Assembly (NCBI GenBank): GCA_947085655.1
Contig: CAMTXH010000016.1
Location: 1-63,978 of the forward strand
Length of the DNA: 63,978 nt
DNA from: an uncultured Omnitrophica bacterium
Lineage (GTDB): Bacteria; Omnitrophota; Gorgyraeia; JACQQV01
Direction: 5' to 3'
Part shown: positions 43,379 to 53,831 of the stretch, in pieces
Position numbering within the stretch: the first letter of the stretch is position 1
How the letters are laid out: each line of letters opens with the position of its first letter
Notes under the pieces: model-generated
What the model saw: the letters and a program-made list of their open reading frames with translations, nothing else
Told to the model about the DNA's origin: nothing
Databases searched by the model: none
Made by a program: the position numbers and the translations under genes

Positions 43379-44569
43379 TCAACTTTCCATTTCAAGAACC
43401 TTCTGCAACCGTTTAATGGCTTGGCTTAACCGATCTTCCGGCTCCACCAGGGCAAAGCGAATGTACCCTTCGCCGTATTCTCCGAACCCGGTTCCGGGGG
43501 CGACCCCAACTCCCGCCTCATCAATCAAAAGAGAGGCAAATTCCATCGAGGTCAGGGCGCTGTATTTGAGGGGGATCCTGGACCAAATATAAAACGTTGC
43601 CTTGGGTTTGACAACGGGCCAGCCGATTTGATTCAGTCCATCGACAAAAAGATCCCTTCGTCTACGGTAGATTTCTGTTATTTGGTGGACGTAATCCTGC
43701 GGTCCGGTCAATGCTCGGATGGCCCCATATTGAACGGCGCGGAAGATTCCGAAATCGGTGTAACTTTTTGTTTTGGCAAGCGGTTTTAAAATCTCCCGGT
43801 TCCCGACACAGAAACCTATCCGCCAGCCGGGCATCGAGTACGACTTGGAAAGGGTGTGGAACTCAACCACCTGATCCTTCGCTCCCTTCACTTGAAGAAT
43901 GCTTGGTGCTTTGTATCCGTCGAAAACAATGTCCGAGTAAGCCAAATCATGCGCGATAATGATATTTTTCCCCCGGCCCCACTCAATCACTTCCTCGAAA
44001 AATTTGAGGTCCACCGCCTGCGTCGTCGGGTTGTGGGGATAGCCGATGAATAGAATCTTAGACATCTTCACCACCTCACGGCTGAGGGATTTGAGATTCG
44101 GTTTGAAATCGTTTTCCGGAGTCAAGGGGATGTTATAGAGAATCCCACCGGCCATGATCACGCCGTTAAAGTGGACCGGATAAGCAGGATTAGGAACCAG
44201 TCCGATATCGTCCGGATTCAAGAAAGCCAAAGACAGATGAGCCACCCCCTCTTTCGATCCGATCAGCGGAAGGACTTCCTCGCGGGGATCCAGTTTGACA
44301 CCGAACCGCTGGTCATACCACTGGGCAATGGCTTCCTTCAAAAGATTTTCAACTTTTCCGTCCGGACGGGAATAACGGTGATTTTCCGGGTCTTTGGCCC
44401 GTTCGCGAAGTTCCTCCACGACATGGGCCGGCGGCGGCAAATCCGGATTTCCCATTCCCAAGTCGATGAGATCGATTCCTTTCGCCCGGGCCTGTGCCTT
44501 CAAATCATCCATGATGGTGAAAAGATAAAGCGGCAAGCGCTTCATTCGATTGGCTTCATGCGGAATCAT
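43379..44569 (-). CDS. class I/II PLP-dependent aminotransferase (AlaA/DapL-like)
   Basis: It has LPLYLF...IDLGMGNPD, the PLP lysine context SKSYSMPGWRIG, and NPT. Confidence 0.85.
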   Translation of the reverse strand: MIPHEANRMKRLPLYLFTIMDDLKAQARAKGIDLIDLGMGNPDLPPPAHVVEELRERAKDPENHRYSRPDGKVENLLKEAIAQWYDQRFGVKLDPREEVLPLIGSKEGVAHLSLAFLNPDDIGLVPNPAYPVHFNGVIMAGGILYNIPLTPENDFKPNLKSLSREVVKMSKILFIGYPHNPTTQAVDLKFFEEVIEWGRGKNIIIAHDLAYSDIVFDGYKAPSILQVKGAKDQVVEFHTLSKSYSMPGWRIGFCVGNREILKPLAKTKSYTDFGIFRAVQYGAIRALTGPQDYVHQITEIYRRRRDLFVDGLNQIGWPVVKPKATFYIWSRIPLKYSALTSMEFASLLIDEAGVGVAPGTGFGEYGEGYIRFALVEPEDRLSQAIKRLQKVLEMES

Positions 44570-45440
44570 GTTTGATGGGTTCCTTCCTCTTCTTCATTTC
44601 AACATGAAAACGGTCTGCAAGATAAGAACTCCGGACAAAGGGCCCGGAAAAAACATAGGAAAAACCGAGACGAGTTCCCTCCGTCTCATACCATTTGAAA
44701 GTCTCCGGCGGAACGAAGGACGCCACCGGCAAATTCCGTCTTTCGGACTGGAGATACTGGCCGATCGTCAGAAGTTCGCATCCCGCCTCCCGAAGATCGG
44801 TCATCGCTTGAATCACCTCTTCGGTATTCTCTCCGAGTCCGACCATCAGTCCGCTTTTGGTCCACAGACGGGGAGACAGGCGCTTCACCTCCCGAAGAAG
44901 TCCGAGGGACCGTTCGTATCGGGCGTAGGGTCGGACCCTTTTCTGGAGACGGGCAACGGTCTCCAAATTGTGATTGAAGATATCGGGTCCGGCTGCAACC
45001 ACGGTTTCAATGGAAGAGGGGTCACCCTTGAAATCGGGGGTCAGCACCTCCACCGTTGTCCCAGGAAGCTCCCGGCGGAGTGCCTGAATCACTCTGGCAA
45101 ATTGAAGGGCTCCTCCCTCTGGAAGATCGTCCCGCGCCACGGAGGTGACCACGACGTGTGAAAGACCGAGCCGTTGCGCGGCCAAAGCCACACGTTCCGG
45201 TTCCGTTTCTGAGGGAATTTCCGGATTCCCCCTCGATATCGAGCAAAAAAAACAGCGCCGGGTGCAGGTTTCTCCCAGGATCATGAAAGTGGCTGTCCGT
45301 CGCGAAAAGCACTCGGGCAAATTGGGACAACGGGCGCCCACGCAGACGGTATTGAGCCCCAAATCGGCCAGGATCGTCCTTGTAAAATGCGTCGGCTCGA
45401 TCCGTCTTCGAAGCCAAACCGGAAACCGGCCGTCTTTCAC
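44556..45440 (-). CDS. lipA: lipoyl synthase (radical SAM)
   Basis: It has TVCVGARCPNLPECF and CTRRCFFCSI (CxxxCxxC). I placed the start at the GTG at 45440, preceded by GGAGAG just after the lpdA stop. Confidence 0.92.
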   Translation of the reverse strand: MKDGRFPVWLRRRIEPTHFTRTILADLGLNTVCVGARCPNLPECFSRRTATFMILGETCTRRCFFCSISRGNPEIPSETEPERVALAAQRLGLSHVVVTSVARDDLPEGGALQFARVIQALRRELPGTTVEVLTPDFKGDPSSIETVVAAGPDIFNHNLETVARLQKRVRPYARYERSLGLLREVKRLSPRLWTKSGLMVGLGENTEEVIQAMTDLREAGCELLTIGQYLQSERRNLPVASFVPPETFKWYETEGTRLGFSYVFSGPFVRSSYLADRFHVEMKKRKEPIKHDSA

Positions 45441-45447
45441 GCTCTCC

Positions 45448-46776
45448 TCACGAAGCAAAGTCGCGCGCCGCCTCCTCCACGGATTCCGATAGAGTCGGGT
45501 GTGGGTGAATGGTATCGGCAATCTCCGGAATGGAAATCCCTTTCCGAAGCGCAAGCGTCAACTCCCCGAGAAGCTCGGTGACGTGGGGTCCGATCAAATG
45601 CGCCCCGAGCAGTTTTCCTGTTTTTTCCTCTCCAATTAACTTGATGAAACCTTCCTTCTCATCCAGCATGTGTGCCTTGGCGGAAGCCAAAAAAAAGCTT
45701 TTCCCGACCCGGATCTTTTTTTGCTGCGAGCGTTCTTCTTCTTCGGTCTTTCCCACACGGCCGATTTCGGGGAAGGTAAAAATGCATTCCGGAATCGCTT
45801 CGCGTTCAACCTTCCGGTCGATTCCGGCCATTCGGTCAACAGCAATCCGCCCCTGGTGGGAGGCCACATGGGCAAGGGGATAACCTCCAACCACATCTCC
45901 GACGGCAAATAGACTCGGGACCGCGCTCTTCATCGAATCATCCACCACTACGAATCCCTTCGGAGAGAGAACGCCGAGATTCTCGAGACCGAGATGATGA
46001 CTGTTCGGGATCCGTCCGATACTGACCAAGATTTTATCCGCCCGGAGAACCTCTCTGGAATGAAGCGTGATTTCAACGGAATCCTTTCCCCTTTTCATCT
46101 CCCGGACGGTTTCTCCTGTATGAACGGATATTCCCTGCCGTAACATTTCCTTCTTAAGAAACTCCGAGATCTCCCGATCCTGACCCGGAAGAAGCGCAGG
46201 GGTTGCTTCCACCAGAGTGACGCGGCATCCTAATAGGTGAAAAAGAGAGGCGAATTCGCACCCGGTCGGTCCCGCACCGATAACGAGAAGCGATCCCGGA
46301 ACCTCCTTCAGCCCCAAAAGGCCGTCGCTTGAAAGAATCTGCTCTTCGTCAAAAGGGACCTGCTCAAGAGGCCTGGGGCGGCTCCCCGTTGCAATCAAAA
46401 TGAAACGTGTTTCAATCGTTTCGTAACCCGCCCGAACCGTTCCCGGCCCGGTCACCCGCGCCTCCGCCTCAAGGACGTTCACCCCGTGCTGTTTGAGCGT
46501 GGCCGCTGCTCCCCGTCTGAGACGCAAAACGAGCCCATCCTTTTTCCGGATCATCTCCGGGAAATACAGGTTCTTTTCTTCCGCCGGAATTTCTTTTTTT
46601 AAACGGAGGGCATCGGCAATGAAACTTTTGGTCGGGATACATCCCTCATTGAGACAGACGCCGCCCAGAGCGCTCTTTTCGACCAAAAAAGTCTCGAAAC
46701 CATGTTTTCGGGCCCTCAGGGCGGCTGCAAATCCGCCCGGACCTCCACCCACAATGGTGACATCTGCTTTCCGCAT
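45448..46776 (-). CDS. lpdA: dihydrolipoyl dehydrogenase
   Basis: It has VGGGPGG, the redox disulfide GGVCLNEGCIPTK, and the C-terminus HPHPTLSE. Confidence 0.92.
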   Translation of the reverse strand: MRKADVTIVGGGPGGFAAALRARKHGFETFLVEKSALGGVCLNEGCIPTKSFIADALRLKKEIPAEEKNLYFPEMIRKKDGLVLRLRRGAAATLKQHGVNVLEAEARVTGPGTVRAGYETIETRFILIATGSRPRPLEQVPFDEEQILSSDGLLGLKEVPGSLLVIGAGPTGCEFASLFHLLGCRVTLVEATPALLPGQDREISEFLKKEMLRQGISVHTGETVREMKRGKDSVEITLHSREVLRADKILVSIGRIPNSHHLGLENLGVLSPKGFVVVDDSMKSAVPSLFAVGDVVGGYPLAHVASHQGRIAVDRMAGIDRKVEREAIPECIFTFPEIGRVGKTEEEERSQQKKIRVGKSFFLASAKAHMLDEKEGFIKLIGEEKTGKLLGAHLIGPHVTELLGELTLALRKGISIPEIADTIHPHPTLSESVEEAARDFAS

Positions 46777-46779
46777 GAA

Positions 46780-47829
46780 TCAGAGACTCTCAAACTCCTC
46801 CATGTTTTTGATCCGGTCACGGATGGCATCAAAAGTCACGATTTTTTTCCGGTAGAGGTCCTTCATGGATCTGTCCATGCTCTGCATCCCATACTGGGAA
46901 CCGGTCTGGATCAATGTTGGAATCTGCTCCGTCGAACGTTCGCGAATTAAGTTCCGGACCGCCGAAGTTGCGATTAAAATTTCACAAGTAGCCACTCTTC
47001 CGACCCCTTTTGCTGCCGCAATCAACTGTTGGGAAACAACTGCCTGAAGCGTTGAGGCCAGTTGAATCCGGACCTGCTGCTGTTGATGAGGCGGAAAAAC
47101 GTCAATGATCCGGTCCACTGTCTGAACCGCATCCGGCGTATGAAGAGTCGCCAGTACCAAGTGGCCTGTTTCCGCGGCCGTCAGCGCCGTCCCAATGGTT
47201 TCTAGATCCCGCATCTCGCCGACCACCACCAAATCCGGATCCTGTCTGAGGGCGTGCTTGAGTGCCGAGGCGAATGAGCGGGTGTCCGCAAAAAGTTCCC
47301 GCTGTTTGACGATACTCCGCTTGTTGTGGTGGACATATTCGATGGGGTCTTCAATACAGACAATCAGATACTCCCTCTCCGTATTAATCAAATCCACCAT
47401 GGCGGCCAGAGTGGTCGTTTTTCCAACACCGGTAGGACCTGTCACCAAAACGATGCCGTTCGGCCGCCGGGCCAATTCCGAAACCACGGGGGGCATTCCG
47501 AGTTCCGCCAGGGACGGAATCCGTGATGGGACAACTCGGATAGCCGCCTCCACGCTCCCCCGCTGCATATGCACATTGACCCGGAATCGGCTCAAGTCAG
47601 GGATTGCGAACGAAAAATCAAGCTCCAGGTCCTTTTCAAACTGTTCCCTTTGCCGGTCGTTTAAAATGTCATAAATGATCGATTTGGTTTCGTCCGCCGA
47701 AAGGACTCCGAAATTCGTCATCTGAATCCGGCCGTCAATCCGGACGATCGGCGGCGACTTGACCGTGAGGTGAATATCCGAGGCCCCTCGCTGAACCGCG
47801 TGCCGTAATAATTCCCTAACGTCTAACAC
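46780..47829 (-). CDS. pilT: type IV pilus retraction ATPase PilT
   Basis: It has ASDIHL, Walker A GPTGVGKTT, EDPIEY, VVGEMRD and the PilT-type AIRNLIRE-like motif AVRNLIRE. Confidence 0.92.
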   Translation of the reverse strand: MLDVRELLRHAVQRGASDIHLTVKSPPIVRIDGRIQMTNFGVLSADETKSIIYDILNDRQREQFEKDLELDFSFAIPDLSRFRVNVHMQRGSVEAAIRVVPSRIPSLAELGMPPVVSELARRPNGIVLVTGPTGVGKTTTLAAMVDLINTEREYLIVCIEDPIEYVHHNKRSIVKQRELFADTRSFASALKHALRQDPDLVVVGEMRDLETIGTALTAAETGHLVLATLHTPDAVQTVDRIIDVFPPHQQQQVRIQLASTLQAVVSQQLIAAAKGVGRVATCEILIATSAVRNLIRERSTEQIPTLIQTGSQYGMQSMDRSMKDLYRKKIVTFDAIRDRIKNMEEFESL

Positions 47830-48988
47830 CTTGACTCACCCATTGTTCCATTCTGCGAATCCCTTCATCAATTGTCTCGGCGGAGGCGGCGAAACTAAGA
47901 CGGAGATGCCGGTCTGTGCCGAACCCTTCGCCGGGAACCACCGCCACATGAACTTCTTCCAAAAGGCGTTGGGCCGCTTCCAGGGACGCAAGACCCCATC
48001 CCGAAATATCACAAAAGACGTAAAAAGCCCCTTCCGGTCTGACCGCCTTGAGACCGGCTATTCGGCCGAGTCCCGCCAGAATCCGATTCCGTCGCTCTCG
48101 AAAGACTTCTGCCATCCGCTCGGTCTCGGAGGAATCCCCGGTCAACGCGGCAAGGGCCGCCTTCTGACTGATCGAAGTGGGATTCGAGGTCGAATGGCTC
48201 TGAAGGATTCCGACCGCCTCTGCCAATGGTTTCGGTCCACCAAAGTAACCGATCCGGAATCCGGTCATTGCGTACGCCTTGGAGACCCCGTTGACCGTTG
48301 CCGTCCGTTCAAAGACCTCTTTCCCGAAAGAGGCAACGGAATGATGTTTTTTTCCGTCGTAAACCAGTTTTTCATAAATTTCATCGCTGATGAGGAAAAG
48401 ATCCTTCGAGACCGCCAGTTCCGCAACCGCTTCGAGTTCTTCTCTTTCATAAACACTGCCGGTCGGGTTTGAGGGGCTGTTCAGTAGGATTACTTTTGTG
48501 CGGGATGAGAGACGCGGCAAAATCGCCTCTTTTGTCAGCCGGAAGTGGTACTTCTCGGTCGGCACGGCAACCGGTGTTGCGCCGGCCAAACGGACGAGTT
48601 CCGGATAACTTACCCAGTAAGGGGAGCCGAAAAGGACCTCGTCGTCCTTTCCGCAAAGAACCTGCAGCAGGTTGTAAAGGGAGTGTTTTGCCCCACAAGA
48701 GACAACGATCTGCGGTACTTCATAAGAAAGTTGGTTATCTCGTCTGAACTTTTGGACAATCGCTTCCTTCAGTTCCGGGATTCCGGTTGCAGGCGTATAA
48801 CGGGTAAACCCCTCTTCCAGGGCCTGGACGGTTGCTTTTCGAATGAACTCAGGGGTTGGAAAATCAGGTTCGCCGGCCGCAAGGTTAATGACCGAAATGC
48901 CCTGTTTTTTGAGGGCATTGGCGCGTGCGGTCATTTCGAGCGTGGAGGACGAAGCAATCCCCTTCAGCCGTTCCGAAAGTTTGACCAT
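47816..48988 (-). CDS. aspartate/aromatic aminotransferase (class I PLP)
   Basis: It has LAAGEPDFPTP, NSPSNPTG and the PLP lysine context NGVSKAYAMTGFRIG. Confidence 0.9.
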   Translation of the reverse strand: MVKLSERLKGIASSSTLEMTARANALKKQGISVINLAAGEPDFPTPEFIRKATVQALEEGFTRYTPATGIPELKEAIVQKFRRDNQLSYEVPQIVVSCGAKHSLYNLLQVLCGKDDEVLFGSPYWVSYPELVRLAGATPVAVPTEKYHFRLTKEAILPRLSSRTKVILLNSPSNPTGSVYEREELEAVAELAVSKDLFLISDEIYEKLVYDGKKHHSVASFGKEVFERTATVNGVSKAYAMTGFRIGYFGGPKPLAEAVGILQSHSTSNPTSISQKAALAALTGDSSETERMAEVFRERRNRILAGLGRIAGLKAVRPEGAFYVFCDISGWGLASLEAAQRLLEEVHVAVVPGEGFGTDRHLRLSFAASAETIDEGIRRMEQWVSQGVRR

Positions 48989-48997
48989 GACTTCCTC

Positions 48998-49543
48998 CTA
49001 CGAAGAGCGGTCTTTGGGTTTGATAAACTTCCGGAGACTGGCAAAGAAACCGCCCCGTTTTGTCCTCTCCTCGTCCTTGCCCTTTGAAGGAGGCGGGGTC
49101 TTTTTTTCGCCCTCGGCAGAAGTTGAAACGGCCTTGGGCTTTTCCTTCTTCGGCTGCGGTTTCTCCTTTTTCTTCTCTGGGATAACTCGCTGCTCAACCA
49201 GCTCCAGAGTGGCCAGCTCTGCACCGTCACCGGGGCGGGTCCGGCTTCGCAGAATCCGGGTGTAACCCCCGGTCCGGGATTTAAAAAGAGGGGCAATTTC
49301 TTTAAAAAGGAAGGAAGTCGTTTCAGCGTCTCCCAGGATTTGTGTGGCCCTCCGGTAGGAGGTCAAATCTCCCCGGAGACCGAATTGAATGAGCCGTTCC
49401 GTCATCCGGCATGCTTCCTTCGCCTTCGGGACGGTCGTCTCGATGCGGCCTTTCAGAATCAAGGCCCGGCTTAAGTGCCGGAGAAGACTCTCCCGCTCAC
49501 CTTTCGACCGGTTTAAAATTCGGTTCCGCTTTTTGTGCCTCAC
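48998..49543 (-). CDS. rplQ: 50S ribosomal protein L17 with about 60-aa K/E/P-rich C-terminal extension
   Basis: A GTG start at 49543 forms a GTGA overlap with the rpoA stop. The product begins (M)RHKKRNRILNRSKGERESLLRHL, followed by GGYTRI. Confidence 0.92.
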   Translation of the reverse strand: MRHKKRNRILNRSKGERESLLRHLSRALILKGRIETTVPKAKEACRMTERLIQFGLRGDLTSYRRATQILGDAETTSFLFKEIAPLFKSRTGGYTRILRSRTRPGDGAELATLELVEQRVIPEKKKEKPQPKKEKPKAVSTSAEGEKKTPPPSKGKDEERTKRGGFFASLRKFIKPKDRSS

Positions 49544-50535
49544 TCCGGGATTTCCTCCTGACTTTTCTTGGGTCTTTTGGGGAGTTTCATTCCCAGCGAA
49601 AGACCGAGTTCGCTTAAGACCGTGTTGATCTCCGCAAGCGACTTCTTCCCGAAATTCCGGTACTTGAGCATGTCTGCTTCTGTTTTGCGAACAAGTTGTT
49701 CGAGCGTCTTGATTTTTTCCTCCCTCAGGCAGTTTGCGCTCCGGACGGAAAGTTCCAATTCGCTCACCGGCATCTTCAGTTTTTCCCACAGTTCCGCATC
49801 TTCCGCCGACTCCTCCGGCTGTACCGTCTCCATCGGCGCCCCGAAATTGACGAAAATTTCGATATGCTTCAGAAAGATGTTAGACGCTTGAAGGAGTACG
49901 TCCTTGGGAGATAGACTCCCGTTTGTCCAAACCTCCAGAATCAATTTATCGTAATCCGTAATCTGTCCCACGCGGGTATTTTCCACACGGACATTGACCC
50001 TCTTTACCGGACTGAAAAGGGAGTCGATCGGGATGACGCCGATCGGGTTTTCCTCCGATTTGTTCCGTTCGGCCGGGACATACCCCCTTCCTCGGTTCAC
50101 GGTGAGTGTCATATGGAATTTCGTGTTTTTAGTCAGGGTGGCGATGTGAAGGTCCGGATTGACAATCTCGATGGTATTGTCATGTGCAATATCCTTGGCT
50201 GTGACGATGCCCTTCGTTTCCGCCTGAATCTGAATCTCTTTTGGAACGGTGGAATGTGCGCGAAGAACTAAATTCTTCAAATTCAGGACAATTTCGCTAA
50301 CATCCTCCAGAACGCCGTGGATCACGGAAAATTCATGGAGGACCCCGTTGAACCTGACACTGGTCACCGCCGCACCCTCAATCGAAGAAATGAGAATTCG
50401 CCGTAAGGAGTTCCCTATCGTCATCCCGTAGCCCCGCTCAAAGGGTTCCGCGATGAATTTGCCGTAGGTGGGTGTGTAGGACACTTCCTCACAGAGCAGC
50501 TGCCGCGGCATCTCGAAACCTCTCAAATTCCCCAT
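49540..50535 (-). CDS. rpoA: DNA-directed RNA polymerase subunit alpha
   Basis: It has PFERGYG.T.GN.LRR.LLSS and the C-terminus ELSVRSANCL. It lies in the conserved position after rpsD. Confidence 0.97.
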   Translation of the reverse strand: MGNLRGFEMPRQLLCEEVSYTPTYGKFIAEPFERGYGMTIGNSLRRILISSIEGAAVTSVRFNGVLHEFSVIHGVLEDVSEIVLNLKNLVLRAHSTVPKEIQIQAETKGIVTAKDIAHDNTIEIVNPDLHIATLTKNTKFHMTLTVNRGRGYVPAERNKSEENPIGVIPIDSLFSPVKRVNVRVENTRVGQITDYDKLILEVWTNGSLSPKDVLLQASNIFLKHIEIFVNFGAPMETVQPEESAEDAELWEKLKMPVSELELSVRSANCLREEKIKTLEQLVRKTEADMLKYRNFGKKSLAEINTVLSELGLSLGMKLPKRPKKSQEEIPE

Positions 50536-50561
50536 GCCTTTTGTTCCTCCTCGTTCAGTGT

Positions 50562-51188
50562 TTATTTGGAATAAAGCTCAACGATCAATTGCTCATTAAC
50601 CGGGATTTGGGAATCTTCCTTTTCGGGCAGTCGAAGCACCCTTCCTTCCAGCCCCTCTGAATCAAGCGAAAGCCACGAGGGAATCCCCCTTTCCTTAACC
50701 GATTCGAGGGTGTCCCGGACCACTTTCTGGTTCCGTTCTTTCGCCTTGATCCCAATCCGGTTTCCCACCGAAACGATATAGGAAGGGACCGAAACCTTTT
50801 TGTCATCTACGGTGATGATACCGTGCAGGACCTGTTGACGGGCGTGGGACCTTGAAAGGGCAAAGCCGAGCCGAAAGACAACGTTGTCCAGCCGCCTTTC
50901 CAGAAGTTGGAGAAGGACCGCACCGGTCACTCCCTTCGACTTGGAGGCCACGCGGAAGACGTGGCGGAATTGCCCCTCCAGAAGGCCGTACGTTTTGCGG
51001 AGTTTTTGTTTCTCCCGAAGATGAATACCGTAGTCGGAAAGTTTAACCCTTCCCTTCCCATGCTGCCCGGGAGCATAGGAGCGGCGGGAAATAGGACATT
51101 TCGGTGTGGTGCATTTCGTTCCCTTTAAAAAAAGCTTCATTCCCTCCCGACGGCAGATTTTACAGGAAGGTCCAAGATATCGCGACAT
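50562..51188 (-). CDS. rpsD: 30S ribosomal protein S4
   Basis: I moved the start to the ATG at 51188. The product begins MSRYLGPSCKICRREGMKLFLKG. Confidence 0.97.
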   Translation of the reverse strand: MSRYLGPSCKICRREGMKLFLKGTKCTTPKCPISRRSYAPGQHGKGRVKLSDYGIHLREKQKLRKTYGLLEGQFRHVFRVASKSKGVTGAVLLQLLERRLDNVVFRLGFALSRSHARQQVLHGIITVDDKKVSVPSYIVSVGNRIGIKAKERNQKVVRDTLESVKERGIPSWLSLDSEGLEGRVLRLPEKEDSQIPVNEQLIVELYSK

Positions 51189-51202
51189 AACTTCAAATCC
51201 TC

Positions 51203-51670
51203 CTAAACACGACGTCGTTTCGGTGGCCGGCAACCGTTGTGCGGAATGGGGGTGACATCCCGGATGGCATGAATCGTGAGCCCCGCCGCTTGGAGGGCCC
51301 TGATGGCCGACTCCCGTCCCGAACCGGGCCCTTTCACAAACACCTCGATGCTTTTCATCCCATGTTCCATCGCTTTTCGTGCGGCATTTTCGGCAGCCAC
51401 CTGTGCAGCAAAGGGAGTTGCTTTTTTGGAACCGCTGAAACCGACGACTCCGGTGCTGGACCATGAAACGGTGTTTCCCTGCCGGTCCGTAATGGTGATG
51501 ATGGTGTTATTGAAACTCGCTTGAATATGGGCAATCCCATTGGTAACATTCTTAATTTTCCTTGAACGCTTCGGCTTTTTGGGTGCCTGAACGGCCTCAG
51601 GGGCCTCCTGGGCAACTGCCGCTTCCTTTGGCTTTTTTTCTTCTTTGGGTTCCGCTTTTGGATCAGCCAT
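51203..51670 (-). CDS. rpsK: 30S ribosomal protein S11 with K/E/P/A-rich N-terminal extension
   Basis: Motifs [18 protein letters not shown] and [13 protein letters not shown]. Confidence 0.97.
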   Translation of the reverse strand: MADPKAEPKEEKKPKEAAVAQEAPEAVQAPKKPKRSRKIKNVTNGIAHIQASFNNTIITITDRQGNTVSWSSTGVVGFSGSKKATPFAAQVAAENAARKAMEHGMKSIEVFVKGPGSGRESAIRALQAAGLTIHAIRDVTPIPHNGCRPPKRRRV

Positions 51671-51679
51671 TCAAATCTC

Positions 51680-52078
51680 CTACGCCTTTGCCTTTCCCCT
51701 TTTTTCCTCTTTTTTCCGCATGACCCCGATGGTCTTGCGCGGGCCTTTCCGCGTCCGGCTATTGGTCCGGGTTCTCTGTCCCCTCACCGGCAGACCCTTT
51801 CTGTGGCGAAGTCCCCGATAACACCCGATCTCCATCAGTCGGCGGACATTATCCGTCGTCTCGCGGCGAAGTTCCCCTTCAACCCGGTAGTCCTTCTGAA
51901 TAATGGAAGTAATTTTTGAAACTTCCTCCTCCGTAAGATCTTTCGCCCGTTTGTGCGGATCGACTGAGGCAATATTTAAAATGGTCCTCGCATTGTTCCG
52001 GCCAACGCCGTAGATATAACTGAGGGCTACTTCGATTTTTTTGTCCTTGGGAATGTCTACCCCGACGATCCGTGGCAT
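51680..52078 (-). CDS. rpsM: 30S ribosomal protein S13
   Basis: Motifs [10 protein letters not shown] and [15 protein letters not shown]. Confidence 0.97.
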   Translation of the reverse strand: MPRIVGVDIPKDKKIEVALSYIYGVGRNNARTILNIASVDPHKRAKDLTEEEVSKITSIIQKDYRVEGELRRETTDNVRRLMEIGCYRGLRHRKGLPVRGQRTRTNSRTRKGPRKTIGVMRKKEEKRGKAKA

Positions 52079-52087
52079 CGGCTCTCC

Positions 52088-52201
52088 TTATCCCTGACGT
52101 TGTTTATGCTTGGGATTGGTGCAGATGACCCGCACCACTCCCTTCCGTTTTACAATCTTACATTTGTCGCACATGCGACGGACACTCGACCTGACTTTCA
52201 T
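52088..52201 (-). CDS. rpmJ: 50S ribosomal protein L36, 37 aa
   Basis: My own translation is [37 protein letters not shown]. It is below the ORF cutoff. Confidence 0.95.
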   Translation of the reverse strand: MKVRSSVRRMCDKCKIVKRKGVVRVICTNPKHKQRQG

Positions 52202-52211
52202 GAAAGTTTCC

Positions 52212-52433
52212 TTATTTCGACCGGAAAATAATCCGGCCGCGATTGAGGTCGTAAGGAGAGAGTTCCACCTTGACTTTATCTCCGGGTAGAATCCGGATGA
52301 AGTTCATCCGCATCTTGCCCGAAATGTGGGCCAGGATTTTATGCCCGTTTTCCAGTTCCACGCGAAACATGGCGTTTGGGAGCGTCTCGGTTACCGTTCC
52401 TTCTATTTCAATCGGCTCTTCTTTGGGTGCCAT
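52212..52433 (-). CDS. infA: translation initiation factor IF-1
   Basis: The sequence [35 protein letters not shown] is present. Confidence 0.97.
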   Translation of the reverse strand: MAPKEEPIEIEGTVTETLPNAMFRVELENGHKILAHISGKMRMNFIRILPGDKVKVELSPYDLNRGRIIFRSK

Positions 52434-53176
52434 GCCGTCAGAATCTCCGGTTCCCCGTTTTGAATGGAAACGGTATGTTCAAAATGGCAGGACCGCTTCC
52501 GGTCCTGGGTTACCACCGTCCACCGGTCCTCCAAAATCTCAACACGCTCCGTTCCCAAATTCACCATCGGCTCAATCGCGATGACCATCCCCTCTTTCAA
52601 TAGGGGCCCCTCATGGGGCCGTCCGAAATTGGGAATCTGCGGATCCTGATGCATTTCAGACCCGATGCCGTGCCCAACAAAATCCCGAACGACCGCATAC
52701 CCCTTCGGCTCAACCACATTCTGGATTTGTGAACTAATGTCTCCCACCCGGTTTCCGCCGACGGCTGCCCCGATGCCCTTCATCAGGGCCTCGAGCGTTG
52801 CTTCAAGGAGTCGTTTTGACTCATCATCGATTTCACCGACGGGAAAAGTTTTCGCGCTATCCCCGCAATACCCTTTATACCGGACACCAACGTCAATTCC
52901 GATAATATCACCCTCTTTTAACACCCGCTTTCCCGGGATGCCGTGGACCACCTCTTCGTTAACGGAGGTACAGATGCAGGCCGGATACCCCCGATACCCT
53001 TTAAACGCCGGCTCACCGCCGAGGGATCGAATGAGCCGCTCCGCCTTTTCATCCAGGGCCTTCGTTGTGATCCCCGGGGCAATCATCCCCTCCAGTTCCT
53101 GAAGGAGAATGGCAACCCTGCGACCCGCTTCCCGCATCAGGTCAATTTCGCGGGCAGATTTCAGTTCAATCATCAA
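52403..53176 (-). CDS. map: type I methionine aminopeptidase
   Basis: Motifs [31 protein letters not shown] and FEHTV. Confidence 0.97.
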   Translation of the reverse strand: MMIELKSAREIDLMREAGRRVAILLQELEGMIAPGITTKALDEKAERLIRSLGGEPAFKGYRGYPACICTSVNEEVVHGIPGKRVLKEGDIIGIDVGVRYKGYCGDSAKTFPVGEIDDESKRLLEATLEALMKGIGAAVGGNRVGDISSQIQNVVEPKGYAVVRDFVGHGIGSEMHQDPQIPNFGRPHEGPLLKEGMVIAIEPMVNLGTERVEILEDRWTVVTQDRKRSCHFEHTVSIQNGEPEILTAWHPKKSRLK

Positions 53177-53831
53177 TTAAATGCTCTTCTTTAAGGAGAG
53201 CGACCAGGGCCTTTTGTCCTTCCCTGACTTCCAGATCCCCGGAGACAATCCGAAGCTTTCCTCTTTCTCTGTAATAATCGACCAAACCGGCCGTCTCGTT
53301 TTGGTACACTGCCAGTCGCTGTCTGACAGTCTCCTCACGGTCGTCTTCCCTCTGGTAAAGGGGGCCGCCGCAGATATCACAGATCCCCTCCTTTTTCGGA
53401 GGGACGTTCTCAAGGTGGAAATTGGCCCTGCACTTTTGACAGACCAGCCGCCCGGCGAGTCGTTTCACCAGGATCTGTTCCAACGTTTCCAGGTAGATCA
53501 CCAAATCAATTTCAAGATTCCTCTTGACCAGAAGACGGTCAAGACTTTCCGCCTGGGACCGGTTCCGGGGGAAACCGTCCAGGACGAAGCCAGACCTGCC
53601 ATTCGGCGCCGTGAGCCGCTTGCCCACCAGTTCCGTCACGATTTCATCCGGAACAAGTTTCCCCTCACGCATGATCCGGCTGACTTTTGCGCCGAGCGGA
53701 GAATCTTCCCGGCCCACTTCCCGCAGCAGTTCTCCGGTTGAAATATGGAGAATCCCGAAGCGTTTCGAAAGAAATTTCGCCAGCGTCCCCTTCCCTGCCC
53801 CGGGAGGTCCCAAAAGAACGAGCCGCATCAT
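53166..53831 (-). CDS. adk: adenylate kinase (zinc-lid type)
   Basis: It has LLGPPGAGKGT and the lid cysteines CQKC...CDICGG. Confidence 0.97.
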   Translation of the reverse strand: MMRLVLLGPPGAGKGTLAKFLSKRFGILHISTGELLREVGREDSPLGAKVSRIMREGKLVPDEIVTELVGKRLTAPNGRSGFVLDGFPRNRSQAESLDRLLVKRNLEIDLVIYLETLEQILVKRLAGRLVCQKCRANFHLENVPPKKEGICDICGGPLYQREDDREETVRQRLAVYQNETAGLVDYYRERGKLRIVSGDLEVREGQKALVALLKEEHLIDD